A stretch of 64,000 nt of DNA from Eubacteriales bacterium (GTDB taxonomy: Bacteria; Bacillota; Clostridia; Oscillospirales; CAG-272). Both the position numbers and the translations under genes were made by a program. Positions 16,643 to 26,625 of this stretch are shown here, one piece after another (the stretch's first letter is position 1; each line of letters begins with the position of its first letter). The stretch spans positions 22,425 through 86,424 of the forward strand of contig JBGVRT010000133.1 in NCBI GenBank assembly GCA_045128735.1, written 5' to 3'. The notes below the pieces were generated by a model. The model made no database searches, had not been told where the DNA came from, and was given only the letters and a program-made list of their open reading frames with translations.

Positions 16643-17989
16643 TTACAACCCGTAAGTATCCAAATATTTTCTTATCGCTTCAAGAGGGATTACGTGGCTG
16701 TTTTCATATTCGACCGCTTCCTCCGAAAGCGTACCGCACTGTATTCCCACAAGTCCAAGCTCCATACTGAACACAGGACGTCCGCTTATCTTCACGTCGG
16801 TTTGCGCGTTATGCACCATCATATCGAATCTTATATCTCCCGCATTTGAGCCTATATCGCTATGCAAGATCCTCTCATATGTCAGCACCTCGCCAAAGCT
16901 TGGAGCAACACCGCGTTCGGTAAAGCTTGCTATAGCTATATTCTCGCCTATCTCGGGAGGCACGTTAGCCATGGGCGCAACTTCAAGCATACGCTCACCT
17001 TTCTCAAAGTAGAGAACCGCAAGATTATATCCGACACTGCTATGCTTAAGCGATGCCTTATAGGCGTGACCGTAGGAATCCAGAACAGTATAAGACACGT
17101 TTTCGTATCCCTTGCGCTTTTCAACAAGATCATCGGTAGTCAGAACGTAGTAATATCCCGACCCGTCCTTGATTATAACGCCCTCCCCTTCCTTTTCGTG
17201 GGAGGTGATCTCAATCATACCCATAACGAGAGAGGTGTAGCTTTTAGTTATAATCTTAACCGAGGTATTCGCTGCTTTAGCTTGCACCATCTGCCCCATT
17301 CTGATATAGTCAAGGGCATAGGCGGCGTAAAGGACGATATCGTCGCTCACCTTTGTATTTTCGAAGTCAAAGCGCTGAGTACATTCGGGGTCAGTAAACC
17401 AACCGTCAAAATCGTAGCCGTCTTTCTGCGGAATTTCGGGCTCTTTTAGAAGCGTACGCCACTCCACGACCTCCATTTTCGGAGCGTCACCATTATTGAA
17501 AACGTATGTAATATTATAATAGAAGGTATTTACTCGATACGCATCGCGCGACTCGGTTACGCCCGAATATTTTACCTTGATAACCTCGAAGCTATCGCGG
17601 ACGTTATCCGATATATCTGCCGAAAGCGCAAACTCGGTATTTGCGGGGATATCCGCATTAAGAGACGCCCTATAAGTGCCTACCAGCTTACCTGTGGCGT
17701 TATAAAAATCTATAACCGCCGACACCTCGTTAAGTGACGAGAGACATTTGCTGTATACGTTTATAGTGTTCGTTCTGAAAAGCGAAAATTCTTCTCCGAG
17801 TCCGTCAGGTCCTTGGGTGGTTATTTCGTAACTGTTGAGCACGAAAAACTCATCGGTTATCTCGAAGGTTTTTACGGCTTCATCCTCGGTGGTTTCAATC
17901 GGGTCAACCGGAGGTCCTCCGCACCCGAAGAGTGCACCGGCGAGGCAAAGAACACCGAGCAGTAGCAAAAAAAGCTTAATTTTCTTCAT
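16643..17989 (-). CDS. Lipoprotein with a Listeria/Bacteroides-type repeat and a C-terminal trypsin-like (S1C-like) domain lacking catalytic His and Asp
   Basis: Lipobox signal MKKIKLFLLLLGVLCLAGALFGC. DGYDFDGWFTDPECTQRFDFENTKVSDDIVLYAAY is a List_Bact repeat. The C-terminus follows the S1C scaffold: GEGVIIKDGSGYYYVLTTDDLV where GSGxxI...TNxHV is expected, NLAVLYF where DLAVLK is expected, and ISGRPVF where GNSGGP is expected. Confidence 0.55.
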   Translation of the reverse strand: MKKIKLFLLLLGVLCLAGALFGCGGPPVDPIETTEDEAVKTFEITDEFFVLNSYEITTQGPDGLGEEFSLFRTNTINVYSKCLSSLNEVSAVIDFYNATGKLVGTYRASLNADIPANTEFALSADISDNVRDSFEVIKVKYSGVTESRDAYRVNTFYYNITYVFNNGDAPKMEVVEWRTLLKEPEIPQKDGYDFDGWFTDPECTQRFDFENTKVSDDIVLYAAYALDYIRMGQMVQAKAANTSVKIITKSYTSLVMGMIEITSHEKEGEGVIIKDGSGYYYVLTTDDLVEKRKGYENVSYTVLDSYGHAYKASLKHSSVGYNLAVLYFEKGERMLEVAPMANVPPEIGENIAIASFTERGVAPSFGEVLTYERILHSDIGSNAGDIRFDMMVHNAQTDVKISGRPVFSMELGLVGIQCGTLSEEAVEYENSHVIPLEAIRKYLDTYGL

Positions 17990-18030
17990 AATTCAAATCC
18001 CTATTTCTTTAGTGATTTTCGCCGCATTTA

Positions 18031-18759
18031 TTACATAAAAAGGCAAAGCAACATTGGCAAGAAGATAGCGGGAATGTAATTCATCAATTTTATTTTGGTT
18101 ATTCCGAGAAGATTAAGGGCTATGCCTATTATAAGCAACGAGCCTACCGCAGTCATCTCGGTTATGACCGTGGGGTTAAGCAGGGGCTGAATCCACTGCG
18201 CCAAAAGCGTTATTGCGCCTTGGTACAAAAGCACCATTACAGCCGACAGCATTACGCCGAAGCCCATAGATGCCGAAAAAACCACCGACGAAATACCGTC
18301 GAGTATTGATTTGGCATACTGTGTGGAGTGGTCACCCGTAAGTCCGCTTTCAAGCGAGCCCGTAACTGCCATTGCGCCAACGCAGAACAGCAGCGTAGCG
18401 CTTACGAAGCCCTGCGACACGTTACCGAAGCGGTTGCGTGTTTTCTTCTCCACGAAATCACCCAAACGCGTAATTTTTCCGTCGAGGTCAAGCAGAGTAC
18501 CTATAAGCGCGCCAAGTGCCATTGAAACGATGGTAATAAGGACGTTTTGCGCTTTTATCGCGCCTTGGATACCAATGAGCAGGACACAGAAGCCCACGCC
18601 CGTCATAAGCGCATCCGAGATTTTTTTGCCCATTCCCTCGTCTGCGACCTCTGCTTTTTCTTTAACGGATGTAAAGCGGTGCACAAGCAATCCCACAAAC
18701 GAGCCGCACATAATTGCGAGCGCATTTACAATTGCGCCCCAAAGGCTGAAATTTTCCAT
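18031..18759 (-). CDS. DUF554 (YqgA/YdfK-like) membrane protein
   Basis: 242 aa, polytopic. The N-terminus WGAIVNALAIMCGSFVGLLV and the overall pattern match the DUF554 family as I remember it. Confidence 0.6.
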   Translation of the reverse strand: MENFSLWGAIVNALAIMCGSFVGLLVHRFTSVKEKAEVADEGMGKKISDALMTGVGFCVLLIGIQGAIKAQNVLITIVSMALGALIGTLLDLDGKITRLGDFVEKKTRNRFGNVSQGFVSATLLFCVGAMAVTGSLESGLTGDHSTQYAKSILDGISSVVFSASMGFGVMLSAVMVLLYQGAITLLAQWIQPLLNPTVITEMTAVGSLLIIGIALNLLGITKIKLMNYIPAIFLPMLLCLFM

Positions 18760-18857
18760 TTTATTTTCCTGTTTCCAATTCTGAGGTCATACTCAGTATA
18801 CATACCCAAAGACTTCGGGCAAAAGCTTTTACGCACCCGCCCGAAGTCTTTAATTAT

Positions 18858-20072
18858 TTACTTTTTGAAAGCGCCCCAAAGATTGTTGAAGTCGATGTTT
18901 CCGGTTGTCTCCACCGTCTTTCTGACGGGCTCAGCCGGCTTTTCAACTACAACGGGCTCGGGAATCTCCTCAACAACGGGCTCGAGTTCCTCAACCACCT
19001 CTACGGCAGGAGCGGGCTCCACAGCCGCAACAACGGGCTCGGGCTTTGCTTCAACCTGAACGGGAGTGGCGATAGGCTCATATGCCGCCTGATTCTTGTA
19101 GTAGGGATCGTCGGGCTTTCTGGAGAAGCCTGTTGCGATAATAGTTATCTTCATCTCGTCGTCAAGGTTGGGGTCAAACGCAACACCCCAGATAACGTTT
19201 GCATCGGGGCTTGCTTCATCAGCAACCATAGTAGACGCGAGGTCGATATCCTCAAGCTGAATATCGGGCGATGCCGTGATATTGATAAGAATACCTGTTG
19301 CGCCCTTGATGGAAGTTTCAAGAAGTGGGCTGGCGATAGCCATACGAGCCGCATTCTCTGCCTTGTCCTTACCCTTTGCCGAACCGACACCCATATGAGC
19401 GTAGCCCGCGTCCTTCATAACCGAGGTTACGTCAGCGAAGTCAAGGTTTATGTACGCAGTACCGTTGATAAGCTCAGAGATACTCTGAACACCGCGGCGA
19501 AGCACGTCGTCGGCAATCTCAAATGCGTTGGCAAGTGTTATGCGTGTATCGGAAACCTGCTTAAGTCTCTCGTTGGGGATAACGACGATAGCGTCAACGT
19601 GCTTGCTGAGCTCTTCGATTCCCTTATCTGCCTGAAGCATTCTTCTCTTACCCTCAAAGCCGAAGGGCTTTGTTACGATTGCAACGGTAAGGATATCAGC
19701 CTCCTTAGAAGCGCGTGCAACCACGGGAGCCGCACCCGTTCCCGTTCCGCCGCCCATACCTGCGGTAATGAACACCATATCCGCACCGTCGAGCATTTCC
19801 TTTATCTCATCTATAGACTCCTCAGCCGCGCGCTTACCGATCTCGGGATTTGCACCTGCGCCGAAGCCCTTTGTTATTTTTTCGCCGATTGCGATCTGAT
19901 GAGCCGCAGACGACTGATTGAGAACCTGAACGTCGGTATTTACCGCGATAAACTCCACGCCCTGGATCTTGGACGCGATCATTCTCTCAACCGCGTTGTT
20001 TCCGCCGCCGCCGACACCTATGACCTTAATATTAACTCCGCTTGTAAAGCTGTTGTCGAATTCAAAGTTCAT
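18858..20072 (-). CDS. ftsZ: Cell division protein FtsZ
   Basis: NIKVIGVGGGGNNAVERM, FITAGMGGGTGTGAAPVVA (the tubulin signature) and NLDFADV motifs. A long Pro/Glu/Val-rich linker precedes the C-terminal peptide. The start at ATG 20072 is 8 nt after GGAGG. Confidence 0.95.
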   Translation of the reverse strand: MNFEFDNSFTSGVNIKVIGVGGGGNNAVERMIASKIQGVEFIAVNTDVQVLNQSSAAHQIAIGEKITKGFGAGANPEIGKRAAEESIDEIKEMLDGADMVFITAGMGGGTGTGAAPVVARASKEADILTVAIVTKPFGFEGKRRMLQADKGIEELSKHVDAIVVIPNERLKQVSDTRITLANAFEIADDVLRRGVQSISELINGTAYINLDFADVTSVMKDAGYAHMGVGSAKGKDKAENAARMAIASPLLETSIKGATGILINITASPDIQLEDIDLASTMVADEASPDANVIWGVAFDPNLDDEMKITIIATGFSRKPDDPYYKNQAAYEPIATPVQVEAKPEPVVAAVEPAPAVEVVEELEPVVEEIPEPVVVEKPAEPVRKTVETTGNIDFNNLWGAFKK

Positions 20073-20210
20073 GTAAACTTCCTCCATAATTTATTTCAAT
20101 ATTTGCTGTTTGCAATATATGTATACCACTATATATAATATAATAATATATTTTTGCAAATTTTGCAATAGTTTTTTGAAAATTTTTATAAGAAATTCAC
20201 ATCTTTTTTC

Positions 20211-20250
20211 AAAAAAACGCAAAATCCCGCTTTTTGGGGGGATTTTGCGC
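20211..20250 (-). terminator. Intrinsic terminator after murG
   Basis: Minus strand: CGCAAAATCCC-(loop)-GGGATTTTGCG followed by TTTTTTT. It separates murG from ftsZ. Confidence 0.65.
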
Positions 20251-20261
20251 TTGATTTTCTC

Positions 20262-21386
20262 TTATTTTTTATTTTTTTTGGCTTCGATGAGCTTCATTAC
20301 TTCGTCGAAGATGACCTTATTCGCGTCAAGTCTCGCAAACTGTTTTATGTTATTTTCAAGCTCACCGCGTTTTTCGGCATCGCCAAGCAGATTTTCTATC
20401 TCCGCCCATAGCGAGTCGGCACTTGCGTCCTTTTCCTCCATAAGTACAGCGGCGTTTGCGTCGGCAAGCACCTTGGCGTTTTTATATTGGTGATTATCCA
20501 CCACGTTGGGAGACGGTATCATAATTGCCGCTTTACCCATCATTGAAAGCTCCGAGACGGTCATTGCACCCGCGCGACAGACCACCACGTCAGCCGCCGC
20601 CATTTTTTCGTGCATATCGTAGATATACTCGGCAAGCTCGGCATTTTTCACTTTGTCACCGCCAAGCGCGTTGAAGCGTTCAAGGCTTTCGGCATAATTA
20701 CGCGAGCCTGCGGCGTGAAGAAGCTTTATATCCTTTCTTGAGCCCAGATACTTTGTCATAAGCTCGACCGCCACTTGATTAAGGTATTCGGCTCCGCCGC
20801 TTCCGCCGTAGGAAAGGACAAAAAGCTCGCCATCCTTAAGACCGATTTTAGCTCTTGCCGCATCTTTATCCATATTTCCGAATGCAGTTCTAAGCGGATT
20901 TCCCACCTGCAAAACCTTATCTTTTCTCTTTAAGAAGTCCGCGGTTCTCGCAAAATTAACAAGTATTTTATCAACACTATTTTGCAACATTTTTACTGCC
21001 ATTCCGGGAATTGCATTGGACTCGTGCACCGCGCAAGGAACCTTCATCATTGCCGCCGCGCGGAGAATTGGCCAGCAGGCGTAGCCGCCCGTGCCGATTA
21101 CAACGTCGGGCTTAAACTCCTTTATTATCTTCTTTGCAAGGAAGGGCGATATCTGCGACATTATGATTGCCTTGATATTGGTGGGCGACAGCGAGCGTCT
21201 TATGCCCTCCGATTTAACGAATTTTATCTCGTAGCCCTCGCGCGGAACGAGCTTGCCCTCCTGCCCTTTTTTTGTTCCTACGAAAAGTATTTCGGCATCG
21301 GAAATATTCTCTTTTATTGTGTTTGCAATGGCGATTGCGGGGTTAATGTGACCGCCTGTACCGCCGCAGGTCATTATTACTCTCAT
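20262..21386 (-). CDS. murG: UDP-N-acetylglucosamine--N-acetylmuramyl-(pentapeptide) pyrophosphoryl-undecaprenol N-acetylglucosamine transferase
   Basis: MRVIMTCGGTGGHINPAIAIA is the N-terminal MurG signature. It has C-terminal GT28 motifs and dcw-cluster context. Confidence 0.9.
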   Translation of the reverse strand: MRVIMTCGGTGGHINPAIAIANTIKENISDAEILFVGTKKGQEGKLVPREGYEIKFVKSEGIRRSLSPTNIKAIIMSQISPFLAKKIIKEFKPDVVIGTGGYACWPILRAAAMMKVPCAVHESNAIPGMAVKMLQNSVDKILVNFARTADFLKRKDKVLQVGNPLRTAFGNMDKDAARAKIGLKDGELFVLSYGGSGGAEYLNQVAVELMTKYLGSRKDIKLLHAAGSRNYAESLERFNALGGDKVKNAELAEYIYDMHEKMAAADVVVCRAGAMTVSELSMMGKAAIMIPSPNVVDNHQYKNAKVLADANAAVLMEEKDASADSLWAEIENLLGDAEKRGELENNIKQFARLDANKVIFDEVMKLIEAKKNKK

Positions 21387-21395
21387 TTTTAGTCC

Positions 21396-22673
21396 TCATT
21401 TCTTTATTCTGCTGTAACGCGATATATTGAGCAAAATTCCCATTTCAAAAATTTGCAGGGCAAGCGATGTACCGCCCGAGCTAAAAAACGGCAAGGAAAT
21501 TCCCGTATTGGGCATTGAGTTGGTTACTACGGCTATATTCAGCGCGGCTTGAAGCCCCAGCTTAACGGTAAGACCCATTACTGCAAGAGCGCCGAATTTA
21601 TTTGGCACGTGCATAGCGATTTTCATTCCGCGCCACACAGCAAGCGCAAACAGCGCGATAACGGCGAATGCCCCGAAGAAGCCGAGCTCCTCGCAGATTA
21701 TCGTAAACACAAAATCGTTTTGCGGCTGTGACACGTACCCAAATTTTTGCAGGCTGTTGAAAAGTCCGCGCCCGAAAAAGCCGCCCGAGCCGATGGCGTA
21801 AAGACCTTGCAGGGTTTGCCACGCCTCGCCCAGCGGGTCTACGGTATCTATGTTGAGCCAGGTATTTACCCGTGTTTGCGCGTAATCCGAGACGAGAATA
21901 AGTCCCGTACCCGCAAGTGCCACCGCACCTCCCATTGCCGCGATATACTTCATTCTTGTGCCGCCCACAAGCATTACGCAAGCTCCGAGCATTGCTATAA
22001 TCATCAATCCCGAAATATGCTTTTCAAGCGCAACAAGCACGCAGACCGCACCGATTATCGCCCCCGGAACAAGTACGCCGCAACGAAAGCTTCCGCCTTT
22101 TCTGTCTTTGGAGCTTATTTCCTCGCTATGTTCGGAGAGATAGCGCGCAAGCATAAGCACGACCGCCATTTTTGCTATTTCCGAGGGTTGGACGGTAAGG
22201 GGGCCAATGCGTATCCACCGCTGTGCGCCTCCGCCCACAGTTCCGATAACCAAAACGAGCGCAAGCAAGCCGAGAGTTGCGATATATGCTATCTTTGCAA
22301 AACGATACCAAAAGGACAGCGTTGCTCTGTGCACAAACACCGCGGTAATTGCCACGCTGACCGCGGCAAAAGCCGCATACCTTACAAGGAAATAAGTGCG
22401 GTCATTATACATTTGCTCAGCATAGACACAGCTTGCACTGTAGTTCATCAGCATACCAAATAAAAGCAATATAATACAGTATACCGCAAACCTCACGTCA
22501 ATTTTGCCGCGCAGGTCGCCTTTATTTGTTTCTTTGAATATTTTATGGAAAATATTGCTTTTTTTGACTTGTTTATTTTTTATTCCTTTTCTTTCGACAT
22601 CAGAGCTTTTTTCATTCTTACGCATCTGATGACCGACCAATCTGATACCTCCGTTAAACCGCGAACCAAGCAA
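21396..22673 (-). CDS. ftsW: FtsW/SpoVE (SEDS family) peptidoglycan glycosyltransferase
   Basis: A polytopic SEDS protein (GGAQRWIRIGPLTVQPSEIAK, LPNTGISLPFFSSGGTS) in the dcw cluster. The start is uncertain (ATG 22673, or 22628 after the mraY stop). Confidence 0.85.
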   Translation of the reverse strand: MLGSRFNGGIRLVGHQMRKNEKSSDVERKGIKNKQVKKSNIFHKIFKETNKGDLRGKIDVRFAVYCIILLLFGMLMNYSASCVYAEQMYNDRTYFLVRYAAFAAVSVAITAVFVHRATLSFWYRFAKIAYIATLGLLALVLVIGTVGGGAQRWIRIGPLTVQPSEIAKMAVVLMLARYLSEHSEEISSKDRKGGSFRCGVLVPGAIIGAVCVLVALEKHISGLMIIAMLGACVMLVGGTRMKYIAAMGGAVALAGTGLILVSDYAQTRVNTWLNIDTVDPLGEAWQTLQGLYAIGSGGFFGRGLFNSLQKFGYVSQPQNDFVFTIICEELGFFGAFAVIALFALAVWRGMKIAMHVPNKFGALAVMGLTVKLGLQAALNIAVVTNSMPNTGISLPFFSSGGTSLALQIFEMGILLNISRYSRIKK

Positions 22674-23625
22674 CCGCGCAACAAACCGCGGTTATTGCCG
22701 AGAAAACCACAACTATTTTATTTTCGCTCCAACCGCATTGCTCAAGGTGATGGTGGAAGGGCGCCATTTTGAAAACGCGCACCTTTCTGCCCGACAGCTT
22801 GAAAACGTAACGCTGAAGCGCGGAAGTGAAAAATTCAAATATATAGATGATTCCGCAGATTACAACCACCAACGGTTCGTTTATTTCGAATGCCATAGCG
22901 GTTATAATTCCACCGATAAACAGCGAGCCCGTGTCGCCCATAAAGACTCTTGCGGGGTTAAGATTGTAGACAAGGAAGCCCACCATTCCGCCGATAAGGG
23001 CGGCACTTACAAGTGTTGTCGCACGGCTTGCAAAATGAAAACCGCAAACGGCAAAGAAGCACCCCACAAAGAATGTCATTGTGCTTGCAAGTCCGTCTAT
23101 TCCGTCGGTGATGTTTGTGCTGTTGGTTATGCCCCAGATAAGAGCAAGCGCTATCACGTAGTAGAATATTCCAAGTTCGATTTCGATATTGCTGAACGGA
23201 ATTTCAAGAGCGGTATCTACAAAGCCCGATATACCCATTACGAAAAGGTATATTGCGCCCGCGACAAGCTGAAGTATGCTTTTGGGAAGCTCGTCAAGTC
23301 CGTCGTTGTTCTTCTTTATCAGCTTAAGGTAATCGTCAATGTAGCCAACAGCCGCGCTGAGAAGTCCGAGGAGCAGAATGGCAAGAACGCGCAGGGCGTC
23401 GCTCCGGTTTATTATCAGCGCAACGGCTATTACCGCCGTCATTGCCGCGATAAAGATTATTCCGCCCATTGTGGGAGTTCCCTGCTTCGACTTATGCCAT
23501 CTCGGCCCTATATCCTTTATATACTGCCCCATTTTCTTGCTTTTAAGAATGGGGATTATTATTCTCGCTAAAATTACCGTCAGTACGAATACCGCCACCA
23601 TAGCGGCAACAAATTCGATCATCAT
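22654..23625 (-). CDS. mraY: Phospho-N-acetylmuramoyl-pentapeptide-transferase
   Basis: 323 aa. KSKKMGQYIKDIGPRWHKSKQGTPTMGG, NITDGIDGLA, MGDTGSL and APFHHHLE motifs. Confidence 0.95.
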   Translation of the reverse strand: MMIEFVAAMVAVFVLTVILARIIIPILKSKKMGQYIKDIGPRWHKSKQGTPTMGGIIFIAAMTAVIAVALIINRSDALRVLAILLLGLLSAAVGYIDDYLKLIKKNNDGLDELPKSILQLVAGAIYLFVMGISGFVDTALEIPFSNIEIELGIFYYVIALALIWGITNSTNITDGIDGLASTMTFFVGCFFAVCGFHFASRATTLVSAALIGGMVGFLVYNLNPARVFMGDTGSLFIGGIITAMAFEINEPLVVVICGIIYIFEFFTSALQRYVFKLSGRKVRVFKMAPFHHHLEQCGWSENKIVVVFSAITAVCCAVAWFAV

Positions 23626-23651
23626 TTACTTTCACCACAGGCCTTTCTATG

Positions 23652-25088
23652 TCAATTTTCTTTAGTGAGATTTTCTTTAAGATACGCCACCACACGCTCT
23701 GCGCCGATCGCTCTGCTTGCCTTTACAAGCAATACGTCGCCATCCTTAAGGATATCCTTAAGTGTTGCGCCGATAAGCTCGTAATTATTATAATCAGAGG
23801 TAACGTACACGTTTTTCTCCGCAAGTCCGCCCTCAAGCGCACCTACGGCGATATCGCGGGCGAGAGTTCCCATAGTCATGAGAAGCTTTCCTCCCACGAC
23901 TCCGAAGTATTTTCCAACCTCTCTGTGGTATTCCTTGCTGTTTTCGCCAAGCTCTCTCATGTCTCCGAGAAGCGCAGTCATACGCGAGCCCTTTTTGCTC
24001 TTTGATATCGTTTTGAGCACGTCCATTGCGGCGCGCATAGACTCGGGGCTTGCGTTATAACAGTCCTCAATTATTGTTATTCCGCCAAGCTCGTATATAT
24101 TCTGCCTCATATCGGCATTTTCAAACTTTTTGAGTCCCGAAATGATTTTTTCGGGCATTATACCAAGCTCAAGACCCACCGCAAAGGCAAAGAGCGAGGC
24201 ATAGACGAACTGCTTTCCTATGACGTTTATCTCGATTCCGCGATAGGTGTTTTCGCCCACCACAATATCAAATGTGCTCCCCTCGTCGCAATAGCGGAGA
24301 TTCTCAGCTCTCACGTCGCACGCCTTGTTTTCAACGCCAACAAGAATTTTTTTGATATCCTTTACGTCGGCTTCCACAAGCAACGGCTCGTCGCCGTTGA
24401 CTATAAGCGTTCCACTGCCCATCATACCGTTTATTATCTCAAGCTTCGCTTTGCAGATGTTTTCGCGTGTGCCGAGCAGTTCAAGGTGAGACGAACCGAT
24501 GTTGGTTATACAGGAAATATTCGGTCTTGCCACGTTTGACATAAGCTCGATTTCGCCAAATCCGCTCATTCCCATTTCGATAACCGCCGCCTCAAAGCTT
24601 TCGTCGGCTTCAAGCATACTCATAGGCATTCCTATAATGCTGTTATGGTTTGCTTTGGTTTTATGTGTTTTGTAAGACTCGGAAAGAACCGCGTATATAA
24701 ATTCCTTGGTGGTTGTCTTGCCAACACTACCCGTAACAGCAACATTTTGCATATTAAGTCTTGACAAATACGTCATTGATATCTGCGCAAGAGCATTTAT
24801 TGAATCAGATGCTACTATTGCCGAGAACTCGTATCCGCTCTCCTCGAGCTCCTCGGGAATATATTGGCACAGAAAGGCTTTACATCCGTTTTGAGCGGCA
24901 GAGAGCATATAATTATGGCCGTCTACGTGCTCTCCCACGCTTACGACGAAAAGAGTGTTTTCGTCAGCTTCACGCGAGTCGGTACATAAATATTCTACGG
25001 TCACACCCGCTTTGCCTACCTGCTTGCCTCTGCACATTGAGCAAAGGTATTCGACAGTTGCATTTTTAACACCAAGCTTGATTTTCAT
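23652..25088 (-). CDS. murF: UDP-N-acetylmuramoyl-tripeptide--D-alanyl-D-alanine ligase
   Basis: 478 aa. It has the Mur ligase P-loop VAVTGSVGKTTTKE. Position between murE and mraY supports the call. Confidence 0.9.
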   Translation of the reverse strand: MKIKLGVKNATVEYLCSMCRGKQVGKAGVTVEYLCTDSREADENTLFVVSVGEHVDGHNYMLSAAQNGCKAFLCQYIPEELEESGYEFSAIVASDSINALAQISMTYLSRLNMQNVAVTGSVGKTTTKEFIYAVLSESYKTHKTKANHNSIIGMPMSMLEADESFEAAVIEMGMSGFGEIELMSNVARPNISCITNIGSSHLELLGTRENICKAKLEIINGMMGSGTLIVNGDEPLLVEADVKDIKKILVGVENKACDVRAENLRYCDEGSTFDIVVGENTYRGIEINVIGKQFVYASLFAFAVGLELGIMPEKIISGLKKFENADMRQNIYELGGITIIEDCYNASPESMRAAMDVLKTISKSKKGSRMTALLGDMRELGENSKEYHREVGKYFGVVGGKLLMTMGTLARDIAVGALEGGLAEKNVYVTSDYNNYELIGATLKDILKDGDVLLVKASRAIGAERVVAYLKENLTKEN

Positions 25089-25107
25089 ATTTGCATTCCT
25101 TCCTGAT

Positions 25108-26598
25108 TTATTTTTCTATGCTGTATTTACGAGCCGCCGCCGCGGCTATATTTTTCTCGCTGAATGAGTGCTTTCCTCTGAAGTCGATTTCATACTCCTC
25201 GTGACCCTTGCCCGCAAGGACTATTATATCTCCGCTTTTCGCGGTCTTTACGGCGTATTCTATCGCCTCTGCGCGGTCCTCGATAACGGTATGCTCCGCG
25301 CCTCCGATTCCTCTCACTATTTCGGATATAATATCCGATGTTTTTTCGCTTCTGCTATTATCCGCGGTAACAATAATCTTATCGGCATAACGGGTGGCTA
25401 TCTCGCCCATTTTAGCGCGTTTGCTTTTATCTCTGTCACCTCCGCAGCCAAACACGAGAACTATACGTTCGTTGCATTTTCTTATCTTGCAAAGGGTATC
25501 AAGCAAATTATAAAGCGCGTCGGGAGTGTGAGCGTAGTCGATTATCACCGAATAATCGCATATTGCGCCAAGCTTAACCCGCTGAAGTCTGCCTTCAACG
25601 CCGTTCATAGCCGCAAGCGCGCTCATAATATTTTGCGATGAAACGCCAAGCTCTGCGGCACACGCCGACGCCTCAAGCGTATTCATAACGTTAAAACCGC
25701 CCATAAGCGGTGTTCTGACCACGAATTGCTTAGTAGGTGCTACAAGGCGGTATCTGTTTCCCTCTACGCTCGGTTCTTTGATATCGCAGGCAAAATAATC
25801 ACAGCATTTTCGCGTTGCGCTACATCCGACAGCATTTTTTCCGAGGCTGTCAAAAAGCCTTTTTCCGTATTTATCGTCTGTGTTTATTATGCACTTTTTG
25901 GCGTGTGCGAACAGCTTGGCTTTGGAAGAAAAATATTCTTCCATATCTTTATGAAAGTCAAGATGCTCGGGAGTCAGGTTGGTAAAGACTGCCGCTTCAA
26001 ATTCAAGCCCCTCAAGCTTATCAAGCGCAAGGGCATGGGAGCTTGCCTCCATAAAGACATACTGAACTCCATCGTCCGCCATAATTGACAAGAGTCTGAA
26101 AAGCTCCTCGGGGTCGGGAGTGGTCATATTGGCAAGCGGATTGCCGTTAGTGCTTTCAACAACCCTGTCACCCGAATAGCATTTAACCGTACCGATAAGC
26201 CCCGTTTTATACATCGCGGCATCGAATATGGCTTTTAGCATATACGTGATCGAGGTTTTTCCGTTAGTTCCCGTTACAGCCACAAGCTTAAGCTTTTTTG
26301 TAGGGTAGCCGTAATAGGCGTTATACAAAAGCGGTAGAATTTTCCTTGTGTTTTCGATGGCAAGTGTGGGCACGCCACACTTTATCTGCCGTTCGGCGAT
26401 AACCGCCGCCGCACCGCGCTCTACAGCTTTATCCACGTAGTCGTGACCGTCGTTGTGAATTCCTTTTATACAAACGAAGAGGTCACCCTCCTCAACTTTA
26501 TCGGAATTGCTTTTTACAGCATTTATTTCCACGTCCTCCACTCCGCCGCAGTCAATTCCCACGGCGTTGCAAAGGTAATGTAATCTCATATCAAGCAC
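25108..26598 (-). CDS. murE: UDP-N-acetylmuramoyl-L-alanyl-D-glutamate--2,6-diaminopimelate ligase (third-residue specificity not certain)
   Basis: 496 aa. VAVTGTNGKTS P-loop, DYAHTPDAL and GCGGDRDKSKR motifs. Where the DAP-specifying DNPR motif is expected it reads DNSR (TADNSRSEK). Confidence 0.85.
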   Translation of the reverse strand: MLDMRLHYLCNAVGIDCGGVEDVEINAVKSNSDKVEEGDLFVCIKGIHNDGHDYVDKAVERGAAAVIAERQIKCGVPTLAIENTRKILPLLYNAYYGYPTKKLKLVAVTGTNGKTSITYMLKAIFDAAMYKTGLIGTVKCYSGDRVVESTNGNPLANMTTPDPEELFRLLSIMADDGVQYVFMEASSHALALDKLEGLEFEAAVFTNLTPEHLDFHKDMEEYFSSKAKLFAHAKKCIINTDDKYGKRLFDSLGKNAVGCSATRKCCDYFACDIKEPSVEGNRYRLVAPTKQFVVRTPLMGGFNVMNTLEASACAAELGVSSQNIMSALAAMNGVEGRLQRVKLGAICDYSVIIDYAHTPDALYNLLDTLCKIRKCNERIVLVFGCGGDRDKSKRAKMGEIATRYADKIIVTADNSRSEKTSDIISEIVRGIGGAEHTVIEDRAEAIEYAVKTAKSGDIIVLAGKGHEEYEIDFRGKHSFSEKNIAAAAARKYSIEK

Positions 26599-26625
26599 CT
26601 CAATTTATTGAGGGCTGTTAATAGG

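Noticed and set aside
18940-19050. Apparent tandem DNA repeats (CAACAACGGGCTCG, three copies) near the 3' end of ftsZ
   Set aside because: They encode the Pro/Glu/Val-rich (EPVV) disordered linker of FtsZ. This is coding low complexity, not a non-coding repeat array.
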